The position numbers and the translations under genes were made by a program. Source: Lingula anatina (Eukaryota; Animalia; Brachiopoda). From it: 64,000 nt of DNA. Under the pieces are notes generated by a model that saw only the letters and a program-made list of their open reading frames with translations, was not told the origin of the DNA and searched no databases. Below are positions 12,047-23,121 of this stretch, in pieces. The stretch is from positions 12,648,001-12,712,000 of the forward strand of contig CM120649.1 of NCBI GenBank assembly GCA_051362555.1. Reading direction: 5' to 3'. How positions within the stretch are numbered: the stretch's first letter is position 1; each line of letters starts with the position of its first letter.

Positions 12047-12305
12047 GTCTGTCACATTTGGTGGTCTTTTTTGTTTTATTTTTCTCCTAAAAATCACTAA
12101 TTTTATGCTGTACTGCAAATCTATCACATGCTCATTTGCCAAACTCGGAAATATTTCACATAGGTGAATTATAAAACAAATGCAGATCTGTAATTTTCAT
12201 ATTCCAGGAATTTTAGAACACCAGAGGAGGCAACAACTTGCAGGGATGGAATATGGTGTGGAAGTTGGCGTCACTCAGCCTCGGAAAAGAAAATGTTGCA
12301 GTTAG
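4651..12305 (+). CDS. CARD-domain / Rab-like small GTPase fusion protein (349 aa, 7 coding exons)
   Basis: Exons 4651-4993, 5530-5623, 7820-7960, 10316-10512, 11085-11180, 11692-11772 and 12208-12305. All introns are GT-AG with matching phases (1,2,2,1,1,1); total 1050 nt with no internal stop. Exon 1 is a CARD-like helical domain (RIKRNFTFLIEDLDLSFLLDYLFEKDVF...EQIRS...RAFLERLMKK..AYAWFREGL). GTPase motifs: VALIGDSNAGKT (G1), WDTVGTERY (G3), FLYDIT, GNKLD (G4), EVSAK (G5), C-terminus PRKRKCCS*. AATAAA at about 12398. Confidence 0.88.
5351..5408 (+). pseudogene. Degenerate tRNA-like fragment (possible SINE head or tRNA pseudogene) in intron 1 of the CARD-Rab gene
   Basis: tccgccgtggtgtaaagg...tcgattcccggcgtcgg resembles the 5' and 3' ends of the tRNA-Glu at 27919 (tccgacgtggtctagtgg...ttcgattcccggcgtcgg), but the anticodon arm is deleted. 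Confidence 0.45.
5862..6127. mobile_element. PIF/Harbinger-type MITE
   Basis: TIRs gagcgcattcagaac / gttctgaacgcgctc flanked by TAA on both sides (3-bp TSD). Confidence 0.75.
6165..6350. repeat. Dispersed repeat, with a related copy at about 12405-12570
   Basis: Shared blocks gtgaca..gaatg, ggg..ccatatgat, cacctgtacaaagta, ctacg..t.ctagcg.acta and tcac.cc.gt. Confidence 0.55.
6646..6689. repeat. (GA)n microsatellite
   Basis: Perfect GA run. Confidence 0.95.
6754..6967. mobile_element. CAG(T/G)GGCGGAT-family MITE
   Basis: cagtggcggatt ... gatccgcccctg; flanks atgag/gtgag. The same family occurs at 10561-10699, 45014-45181, 45898-46184 and 52212-52467. Confidence 0.8.
8208..9106. mobile_element. 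Non-autonomous PIF/Harbinger-like DNA transposon (~900 bp)
   Basis: TIRs agcctcggtcacaaccgg / ccggttgtgaccgaggct with a TTA TSD; CpG-rich subterminal cgtg/cacg repeats. Confidence 0.85.
9178..9526. mobile_element. TIR element (MITE), with a second copy at 41406-41774
   Basis: aaagggataataactcttcgta ... tacgaagagttattaccccttt; the internal sequence is collinear with 41406-41774. Confidence 0.75.
9991..10292. mobile_element. Near-perfect foldback MITE (PIF/Harbinger type)
   Basis: Arms of about 134 bp (gaccgcattcacaacgagttgagcc... / ...ggctcaactcgttgtgaatgcggtc) with only a few mismatches, a ~35-nt loop and a TAA TSD on both sides. Confidence 0.9.
10561..10699. mobile_element. CAG(T/G)GGCGGAT-family MITE
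   Basis: cagtggcggattt ... gatccgcccctg; flanks ataagg/ttaagg. Confidence 0.75.
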
Positions 12306-12943
12306 CCGCTGTAAACGGAAATGTTGTAGCCTCGACATCAACAGCATGTTTTCCTTGAAACAGGATTCCAATATTTGAGAACCGCTTTTTGATGGCAAAT
12401 AAACACAGGAGTGACAGGAATGATAATACTGGGAATGAATGTCGGGGATCCATATGATTCTACAATTTAGGACTAGTCGGGGTTAGTGTATTGGCACGAA
12501 GGTCACCTGTACAAAGTAATGGGCAGCGGACTACGGTTCCTAGCGGACTAACATTCCTTTCACACCAGTCTCCGTTCACCGGACATGACCCACGCCTGTT
12601 TCAACCTTGGCTGGGCACACTAGCCGGTACGCATTGGCTGGCGCTCCGTTGCTAACCATTTAATGTCTTGCTTATAGGCCTGCCGAAATGTACACCTAGC
12701 GGTGAGACAGAACAGAACTGTGCATTGTGAAGCAGCCGTGACCAAGTACCTTATAAATGTACCAAGAACAACAACTAAAACTAACTAGCAAGCTCTCAAA
12801 GCCACTAACAGCATAGGTAGAAAGCGATTTATTTTGAGTAACACCTTATATGCAGTTCAGCAATGTACACGTTCGCCAATCAGAATAAATTATACAACGA
12901 ATACTTTTACCTATAAGTTACCAATCAGAAGAAATCGAGTACG

Positions 12944-13310
12944 AACTTGCACACCGGTCTGTACTTTATTAATAGACTAGAGACATCTACCGGTAGCATT
13001 ATAAAGCAATTCCAACTACCACAGTACAACGTCACACCATGTGCTACACGTACAGTTACTCCAGTTCATGTATACAGGGCACGACGAGTTATGCCGTACA
13101 TAAAGGTGTATAACATTACAGGATGAGATGCAAACTTGCACACCGGCCTGTACTTTACTAATAGAGACATCTAGCGGTAGCATTATAAAGCAATCTCAAC
13201 TAACACAGCACTACGTGAGCCCATGTACTACCGTATTACACGTACAGTTACCCCAGTACATGTATACAGAGCACGACGAGTTATAGGCCTACCGTACATA
13301 AAGGTGTATT
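12944..13310. repeat. Direct tandem duplication, ~190-bp unit x2
   Basis: aacttgcacaccgg.ctgtacttta.taatag...ccgtacataaaggtgta starts at 12944 and again at 13133. Confidence 0.85.
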
Positions 13311-13918
13311 ACGTTTACGTGTATTGAGAAGATCAGCTCATGCTGATAATGACTATACTAGTTACCCTTGCCGAGAAATTACGAGAAGTTATGACTGTTA
13401 ATGATTTACATTTTATGTAAATATTCCAGTATGCATTTAGAGTTTATATTTATGTAATTGCTGAACGGTGTCCTTTGTCCATAAGATTTATACTACCCCA
13501 ATATGTACATGTATGTATGTATGTATGTACGTCCAAGGAATGGACAAAAAGTCAAATTCCTTTCAATTTCCCTAGAAATACAGTAAAATTTTAGAGGGAA
13601 TTTGATAATTATTTTCTTTGGTATCAATAAGGTTGTTAAGGTCAAATTAAGGCCAAAGCATCAAATTTAAGCTTGAGGACATAACACTATAACTCGATCT
13701 CCATCAAGTGACGGGATTTATTTCATTTTTGGTGTACAGATTACATTATAAGGTAGCCCTCTAAGGGGAATGAATTGTTTCATAAGTGACCTTGCGTTGT
13801 ATCTTCTAGGTCAAACCTGACTGTATAACTATCAAAGCAGAATACACGAAAGTGATATATTTAAAAAGTCGGAATTGCTATTCAAACAAATAAATAAATA
13901 AATACTCATATTATTATT

Positions 13919-13960
<42 letters not shown>

Positions 13961-14837
13961 TTCACAATCGGGTGTGCAATTTATCCCATGTCATAAAAAT
14001 TCGGTGTTGAGCATTACAAATATTGCATCAAAATTGTCAAAATTACCCATTTTGTGCACCATTATTTTCTCTTGTACTACGTCTGTCAGCTTTGTACGTT
14101 TGTCAGCTTTGCTGCCTAATTAATTGCACACGTGGTACTCTTTAAAGCCACGCTAGTTATGAATCAACACTGGTTTAAAGCACGAAGGTCCAAGTGAGAG
14201 AAGCATGATGGACAATAACCGAAGTTGAAGTGAAGCCAACATTATATTATTACTTTTATTATCTACAAGGTGACCATTCAATAATCAAGGCGAGCCGTCT
14301 CGCTACAGCTAAAGTATTTGGAATTTGCTAGTTAGAGATTGATGACATTATTACAAGTGTGACGATGGTATTGAGTCTATTGACTAATATGAAATTAATT
14401 GATACACGAGGTAAAAAAAAAAAACACAAAACCATCACTGTTCTTGCACAATCTTTATTTACAGCTTTTTAGTTCCCTTTGCCCCATTTCTCTTTCCACT
14501 TCTCTCAATCTCTCGCGGCGTTCTCTCTCCGTATTAATGTTACATGCTGCTATTTGTGCATCACACATTATGAAAACACAACAATAAATCTAACAAAACT
14601 CTCCCAGCTTTTTACTCATTTCATGAATATCAATTACCCACATTACATTATCTCCCAGGGATGATACACCTGTCCCTAGATATATTTTAAATTGAAATAT
14701 ACTTATAGATAACCTTTCTTAAACACTTAATTTTTTAGCTTTAAGCAAAGCATAGCTAAGTAAAATGATTTGATACTACAATAGACTAAAACTTAAAAAG
14801 AACACAAAGAAACATGAAAACAAAAATATGGCTTAAA

Positions 14838-15479
14838 GGAAGATACAATTCTAATGTTTGGAATTTTTAACTTTTGGGAAGTTGGATATTTGTGGATGAA
14901 TTCATTAACTGTTGTTTTGTTTATGCTTTAATGTGTTGCCCAAGAGTACAGATACTTTTTGTTGTTGGTTTTTCTTTCTTTTTTCTCCCCGTCATGCAAA
15001 TCTGTGACTCTCTTATTATGGCATCGACACATTTTTCCTTTACAGTTTAACACTTTTCTTTGTCATTGTAAATATAATAGGAACACTTTAGCCAATAGGG
15101 CCGGCCACTCCCTTTCAAGTAAACAGCATTCATCACATCATTAGGATTGGTGCATCATTGGTGGTGAAATATTTGTTTAACTTCATTAATGTTTTCACTG
15201 TAGCGCAACTTTTTGGATGACCGTTAGGAAAACAATTCTTTTTATATTGAAAAAAAAACCACGATCTCATAAAACTATACCATGAAATGTCATAAAAATA
15301 AGAAAATTTCCCTCAATGTTTATATCTTTAGTCTCATGTCATCGTTGTTTCGTAAGATAACATATAATCCTGCTATATAATAATTATCCAAGTAACATTA
15401 ATAACTGACAATATATATAATATATGAAAGAAGATGACAAAATAAATGATATACTAACCGAGTATGTACAGTATATATA

Positions 15480-15511
<32 letters not shown>

Positions 15512-15596
15512 GAGTATCCTGTCCTTGCAGGACGTTGACTACCACAATTCCCAATAATTCTTTCAGATAATCTCAAAATTGTTACACTGGACACAC

Positions 15597-15659
<63 letters not shown>

Positions 15660-16270
15660 TTGACAAAAAGCCGACACGTGGTTGTCCTCTGTTACGTATT
15701 AAATATGCATTATACTACTTAAAGTGTCATATATTTACCCGGTACAACCAATAATCGATTAATCTTTCCTTATAAAATTGACATTTCAGTCCAACATAAA
15801 AGTTAAAAGGACTTTATTTGTGAGAGTTCATGGTATCCTCCATTTCAATTATAAAATGAGAGTTCGGTTCCATACAATGTCAGACGATCCTTTCCATTCA
15901 GTGAAGGAATACGACTGTCACTTGCCACAGCGGAATGGGAAAATGTCTTTTCTGCGCCTTAAACGAAGATAGAATTCTAATTTTTGGAATTTTAACTTTG
16001 GGAAGTTTAGATCTTCGTGGATGAATTCCTTAACTGTTGTTCTGTTTATGCTTAAATACGTGGCCCAAGAGTACACATACTTTTTGTTGTTGATTTTTCT
16101 TTCTTTTTTCTCCCCGTTATGCAAATTTGTGACTCTCTTGTTATGGCACCGACGCATTTTTTCCTTTACAGTTTAACACTTTTCTTTGTCATTTTAAATA
16201 TAGTAGGAATGCACTTCGTGAGACCTAAGGGTCTGCCACTCACTGTCCAATAAACAACATTCACCACAAC
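14838..16270. repeat. Two ~300-bp direct repeats (14838-15140 and 15965-16270)
   Basis: Shared gtggatgaattc..taactgttgtt, cccaagagtaca, ttttttctccccgt.atgcaaat.tgtgactctctt and tttacagtttaacacttttctttgtcatt. Confidence 0.8.
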
Positions 16271-16619
16271 ATTGCTAACGAATGAATGAATATGACTGTC
16301 ACTTGCCATAGTGGAATGATAAAATGTCTTATCCACGTACGTTGGTGCACAGATGAATAACTGTTCAAATTTTCCTGTATATCCATGAGTGAACTGTGTT
16401 CAACTTCCAAGAATATATCCATTGCGAATGACTTGTGTAATTGAAGAATTGCTTGTTGATAAAAATTAATCTTAACTACGTATTCATATCTTAACGGTTA
16501 GCGACAAAGTTAAATACAAAAGTTACATGTGTCAGGCAAAGTTAAGCTCGCTATGTATTATTCATTCAGAAGATTTTGATTACAAAAATATATTTATGCT
16601 AGTAGCAAATAAATAAGTA

Positions 16620-16627
16620 AATAAATA

Positions 16628-16678
<51 letters not shown>
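16620..16678. repeat. (AAT)n microsatellite
   Basis: AAT run; similar arrays at 12007-12046 and 61395-61625. Confidence 0.9.
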
Positions 16679-17099
16679 TCAATCTGGCGTCCCAGCTGAG
16701 AAAATGGTATTACATGACGACATGGGCATCTTTTTCCACCTGAACACTAAATCCTGTGACATCCAAGAGTATAGATTTAATACTTAATATGGAATATCTT
16801 CTCATCATTGTTCCTTTTGAGTGCAGATTGAAACTTTTGGCTTTATTGATAAAAAAAGTATGCAATTGAATGATAAAAATATTCAGTTTTCTGTTGTGAG
16901 ATATTTTGGTTAACAATATCAAAGCTGACATAAGATGTCATCCAAAAGAAAAGAACACTTCCAGAAAACCATATCAACAGTTTGTTGTCAGTATTAACAT
17001 TAAGTAAAGATATTAGAGAAATGATAGCCTCCGGTCAGTGATATGCTACACATGTACAGTCAAAGAGCCCATAACAGTAAATCTGGAAAGGATTCAATA

Positions 17100-18050
17100 G
17101 CGTTTATGACCTCCAGTAGCTGCCTGCAGCGCCCTCACCCCGGATGGCATATCCTCTTACAGGTTTCCCAGAGTTTGGATGGGGATATCATTCGATAATA
17201 GTAGTTAATCACGATTTACCAGCTGATGATCATAGCTATTAATTCTGCGAGTGACTTTCGTCCACAGATTTTCAATTGGGTTCATATCTGAGGAGTCTGC
17301 AGGCCAGGAATGTTGCTGAACCCCTTGGGTTTGAAGAAAAGCAAACGCACGTGGTCCCATGCCCATTGCAGACGTCGCTGTATATCACTTGCCGTTAACA
17401 GTGTTTTTGTACTGATCTTCGTGCATATTAACCGGCTTGCAATTATCTCTTGTTCAGAAGGGACGTTGAAACGGGCGTTTGAATGGCATTCTGCCACTCT
17501 CTTCTGAGGACACTGGTTGTCTTTGTACGACCAACACGGCACAGTCTAAGGAGAAGGCGATCCTGTCTTCTTGTTGTGATACGAGGACGTCCTGGTCGAG
17601 GTCTTGGAGTAGGTGCAGCTGTTACAGCATTTCTTTGGAGGACTTCACTAACGGTTCCATGAGAAATGTTGAATTGCCTGGCAATGGTTTCCTGTTTTTG
17701 GCAATTTTTTTTGAGAACAAGAAATCCATAGTAAGTAGCATTGCTCAGCTGCGGAACCATATCTTCTCTAAGGCACCTGTCAAGTTTCAGAGCGATCCTT
17801 TGTATGTTTGTCGAAATACACTCCAAAGATACGCTTTTATAAAAGGGCAGAAATTGCCAAAAAATGACCCCCACTCACATTTCTGGCCATAGAACATGCA
17901 GCAGCATACATCAATTGCTTCGAGGTTGTGGTAATTAGGTGACACAAGGCTACACATGGAGTGACACCTTAGTTTCGGATTTAAAATAGTTAGAGTGAAA
18001 ATAGATATTTTTAGAAAATTAACTCGCCGAAAATAATATTCCATATTTAG
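17100..18050 (-). mobile_element. Decayed Tc1/mariner transposon (frameshifted, internally deleted transposase)
   Basis: HTH region QETIARQFNISHGTVSEVL..RPGRPRITTRRQDRLL, then RRLQWA..H, and the C-terminal WPADSSDMNPIENLW (Tc1 SPDLNPIENLW motif) in different frames. Most of the DDE core is missing. Confidence 0.88.
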
Positions 18051-18990
18051 TATTAACCCTATTTGTCTGTCTGCCGTGTAATTGTCACAGGATTTATATT
18101 TTAAAAAATCTTAAGACGTAACAAGGTAAGGCGATTTATCATATACCACCCGCAATGATCGACCTTTTACTGCTAATAAATAATAATAATAATAATAAAA
18201 ATAATGATAATAATAACAGCCTTATTTAAAGCCTGAAATCCGTAAAATGCACAGTAAATTTAACGTTATAAAATTTTAAAAGTTTATAGATAAGAATGAT
18301 ATATATGTATTGTTTCGCCTGCGGCTCGCCAATACACTCGTAATATTTCACGTACAGCTCGGCGACTCGTACTGTATCTATCATATATTGACTACAGATT
18401 TTGCTATCATATGTAATTTTTTTAATATGGACAAAGTCGTGAAGTAAGCAACTTTAAAATATGTGATCTCAGCTCATTCTTAAATGCTTCCTGTGATTCT
18501 ATTTGTCTAATCTTATTCCACTCCACCGGTGAAGTCATACAAAATGCTATGTCACCCTGTGTTTTTCAACCTGGCTTCAGGAGTTTTCAGTGAACGTTTG
18601 ACACCACACTTCAGGATTCTTTGAGGGTTGTGATGTTAATCAGATCAGTAATAGGTGATGAAACTAGATTATAAAACGTAATATGGGTAAAAACTTAAAA
18701 TTCAAATTAAATTGTAGCCCGAACATATTACCAGTGCTTTGAAATTGGACTAACGTGGCAAGCTCTAGGGTTTAACATCAAACACCATGCCTTAGTATTC
18801 TGAATACGCTGTAATCTTTTAATCTTATCGTCTGGACATCCTATAGTACAGCGTTTCAGTAATTCAGACTAGCATACAACAGCAGCATACAACAGGTGGT
18901 TTCTTATAGCACCAATATTTAGAATATTGATCAGACAAATCTTGGAATGTTGGAGGTCCATTGATAGTTAAAAAACCAATATATACTCCT

Positions 18991-19027
<37 letters not shown>

Positions 19028-22000
19028 TTTTTTTTTTACCAAAAAAAAGGGGAGAGGGGTTTAGGCACGCTAGTACCTAGATTTTAAGGTTAAGGCGGGA
19101 AGTCCGTGCAAGAAAATTCAATTTACCATTAATTCACCCGACAAGATCTTTTCAAGAAGAACGCACACTTGCCAGGGATTGGGAATTTCATTTTAGCTAT
19201 CTGTCAACCAAAAGGTGTCTTGAAATCCATTTGCAAATTTACTTGCATTTCCTGCAATTACGACGCTCAGCATTTCTGTCTGCTTTTTAACCGCCAAATC
19301 AACAATATCTGGCAATTTGATAAAAAAAACTTATTCAGTTGAACATATTTAAATTAATTTGATAAATTTTCATCGTAACGTACGATTGACAGTTTCCAGA
19401 TGCATATGCACAGCTGATATTGTTGGGAATTGGAACAAATTCGACGTTTCCATCAGTCAAGGTACGGCGCAAATATTTCAAATAATAACTTCAGAAAACA
19501 CAAAAATGAACTGCAACAATAATTAGTATTGCCTGAAATGTAATCTCATTCTCATAAGTTTTATTTGTCTGAACGCCATTTGGGTTCGTGACAGGTAAAT
19601 ATGAAGACCTAGCATGCTAAATACTGCTCATTTCTTCGAAAGCGAATGCCAATTGCCATACCCTGTAAAAGAAACAAAAATAGAAAACTCCTGTTACGAC
19701 GATATTATTATCATACAAGTAAGAAATGAAATGAACTGAAGATTTAGACCACATAGCAAAATCTTGATCCACTGCATTTCTAACCTGGAAGAATAAACTT
19801 AACTATTTTATTATCTTTATCAACGTTGCAGTTTTGTTCAAATCAACACTTTCTTTGTTCACAATTGTATTCCATTTTGATTTGTCAACCGTTGGCATCT
19901 CTTCAAACATTCCATCATTTGTCAGATTCTTAAGATCAACACAATTTTAAAATGTTAAAAAGGCAAATTTACTCTATGAACATATGAGACGCCAAACAAT
20001 AAATTGCGTTTACAATCGTTTAAAGTAGCAGGTACCGAAAATATTTAGACGTTATCATGCATGTACAGGGTATGTCCACCAAACAAAATCCACACACTGC
20101 TTCACGTATTGGTGGTTTATTAATATAGGTCCATAATAAGTCCACGTTATTTGCGATCAATACCTTCCTTTTACTTACGTGAACAATATACAGGTTCCGG
20201 TCTGTTCTGTTCGGCAATTTTTCATATTATCGTTGAACTTCTTCTGAGTCATTCTGGAAAAGACTTAACATACATGTTCTGAAAGAAATGTCAGTAACAG
20301 TGAACTTGAGAGCATTTTTTAGGATTTCCATAACAGAATATTAACTCTTCTGTTTTTGATACAAAACTAGAGGATATAAGAAAGGCGATACCGCCTTCGG
20401 ATATTGTTCCACCAGCTGGAAACAAAAAACGGACACCAATTCCAGTATCGTGCTTGACAATCTCTACAAAATGCAACAAACAAGAGGTCTCTAGCATTTA
20501 CGGTTCCAAAATTAGAGTTATCAGTTTCGGTATCTAATGGCTGCTTCTCCTGTCAAAATGCACTGATTGACCCCAACCCCAAAAATATAAGGAATCCCTA
20601 ACTGTAACCCTCACAATAATATGAGAGCTTAGGTCTGTGTACATTCTGAAAATTGGCACAAGCATTTTTGCAGAAAATTCCCATTTTAGAAAATTTTGGC
20701 CCGTTTGACCTTGAAATAAAAGTCAAAGGTCAAATCCATGGGCAAATTTGAAACCTCCAAATACGACTTTGGGTCAGAGTTCTACAGTAACCTTTCCCAT
20801 AATTCCTTCAGTTTGGGAGATATTTAACGTTTAATTTTCAGACTAGGGTGCATTCTAACGTATAGGTGACTTTTTTCCCGTGAAACGGAGCCGGCAAAGA
20901 CGTACGCAGGCGGTACTAATAAGATCGTTCGTTTTCTGAGACAGCTGAGTATTATTTAACTGTTGATAATAGAAAGAGTGCCCTGATTGTATTCTATCTA
21001 ATAAGAAATTGAATTTTCCACATTTGGCACGCCAACTGTGTCTATCTTATGACGTAAAGTCATCTAAGTTGCGTGTGTTCATTATTCTGGCAAATTCTAT
21101 TTAATTGTCACGCCCCTTACTCTGTCTTTTTCCCTGTAACTCTTATGTTATTTAATTTGATGTTTTCTTATGTCGCTTCGTTGAGGTTTGTTTTCGATTG
21201 CTTCCCAAGTGTTTTGGCTTTTAGGTCGATGGGATAACCCTTTCTCTACCCCTTTTAAGTCTTCTGCCATATGCGGCGTTCATTCTTTCATTTTACAGGC
21301 CACTATTTATGTGGCGAACATAGCAAAAAGCACAAAGCACAAACCATGCAGTCTCACAAAACACCTAAGCTCCAAACACTATATAAATATCAATAACCAT
21401 CATTATGCAAACAGGTACGAACACAGACCGTGGGATAAGGCGCTTACACCTACTCGATATAATTACAGTCTTGTAAGTTGCATGCAGTGGGCGACTCGTG
21501 TATCAACAACAAGGTATGTAATTGCCTTTTCCATGAATAGTACAGTCGAGTTTGTCTTTCAACAACAACTTAATTCTGCTTAATTGTTTTGCGTTGCAGG
21601 ATCATTTTGTTGTGTCTGTAATAAGTCAATCAAAAAAGATTATAGCTAGTGAGAAAATTACTAATTGGGTAGTGCTGTTTTTCTTAATAGTGCAGGGCAG
21701 CTTGACACTCTGTTCTCTGTGCCGTGATGAACCTTCGGAAACTATAAAAGTATATTTTTTTTTAACTGGGGCCCGAGCTCAAATTTATCTTCCAAGTTTG
21801 TATCATGCCAGTCAGGGCCATTTTTTAAAAAATCTTTTCCCATTTTCTTTCCTAGTCTAAGCTTCTTTCTTATATTTACCTGTTTTCTTTGCGAGTTAAA
21901 GTTAGTTAAATGTGAACACTGTTTCTGCTCAGCTTTATCTTTGAAATCATAGACCATGGAAGTACTTCTTCCAGTATGGTGTCAAGGGAGGTCATGTAGC

Positions 22001-22119
22001 CTTATTTTCGTCTTTTTTCCAAATATGAAAAAGGCTTAAGGGTATCCCTATTTCATGGCTGGTTTGTCATTGCAAAGTTTTTCTTTTCCTTTTTTTCTTA
22101 AAGTAAAGTATATATTGTT

Positions 22120-23121
22120 TTATGTCTGACAACAGCAGATTTTCTTCAATTCTTTTCTAAATAGAGACCCAAAGATGCCGTAGACAACAAAGTTTAATGA
22201 GGAGCTGATTGAATTGAACACCAAAACCCAGAATATAGCAACAGGAGACACACCGTGACCTATCTGCGGGAAAACATTTTTGATCTGCACTGCAACATGC
22301 AGTATAGTGTTAATCATCATTAATACTGCAATAATTATCACAATTTCCAACATTTCTCGGTGATGTTTTTTACGTTGTGCAACTTTAGCTGCATTGAGCG
22401 TGCTGGCGGGCAATATGGGATGTTGATAGAACAGTTTCTTGAAAGTCTTGACTGTGTAATACATAAACATCCCCACTGGCAGCAAAACAGTGACTTTGAT
22501 TTCTAAAACAATTCTGAATACAATCGAGTATATCTTCCAGTTTGGTCCCTGTTTTAGAATCATGGCTGGGCAGTGAGCTGCATCTTTGCACTCATCGATT
22601 TTCAAATGATCTATATCCGGCACCTTAAGAACATTGAATATTAGGAGCCCTGTGATCACCACAGATAGGGGGAACAGTTTTTCTTTTCTTGTCAGTGGTA
22701 TTTTGTTTTGTATATTGTAAAGTCTTTTGACAGAGCAGAAACGTTCTTGAGAGATGAGTGCAGCAATGTAGGTCTGTAATGTCATGAGGAAATAAACTGC
22801 AAACTGTAATCCACTTATGGTTATTAGCAATTTGGTATTTCTTACTTCCGCATAATAAAGGTAGATGGTTATAATGATAAATTGTAATGTGCGAAGAACT
22901 AGAAATAAATTGTCATTTATTGATAAACAAAAGAGAAGGTACGAAGTCTTGTTGTACTCGATGCTTTTGTAAAAAACAGCAAGCGCAAGAGAGTTCAGAG
23001 TTACTCCTACCACTGCACAGAGGAAAATTATGACATTTGCTATCCACAAATAATATTTGTACTCAGGGGCTATATCTAGCAGTTCGGTGCCGTTTGCCAA
23101 AGTTGCATTAAGTTCTGCCAT
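22120..23121 (-). CDS. Intronless class-A GPCR, FMRFamide-receptor/chemoreceptor-like
   Basis: 7 TM segments, N-terminal NAT/NGT glycosylation sites, LN (TM1), LSIND (TM2), ERF (TM3), LLP (TM5), NSISSSLNFVVY-x5-FR (TM7/H8) and a CCC palmitoylation cluster. First ATG at 23121; the ORF-track start is TTG. Confidence 0.88.
   Translation of the reverse strand: MAELNATLANGTELLDIAPEYKYYLWIANVIIFLCAVVGVTLNSLALAVFYKSIEYNKTSYLLFCLSINDNLFLVLRTLQFIIITIYLYYAEVRNTKLLITISGLQFAVYFLMTLQTYIAALISQERFCSVKRLYNIQNKIPLTRKEKLFPLSVVITGLLIFNVLKVPDIDHLKIDECKDAAHCPAMILKQGPNWKIYSIVFRIVLEIKVTVLLPVGMFMYYTVKTFKKLFYQHPILPASTLNAAKVAQRKKHHREMLEIVIIIAVLMMINTILHVAVQIKNVFPQIGHGVSPVAIFWVLVFNSISSSLNFVVYGIFGSLFRKELKKICCCQT

Noticed and set aside
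19090-20500. Possible decayed coding sequence on the minus strand
   Set aside because: The frames I examined contain multiple stops and no motif I can assign; it may be an old transposon relic.
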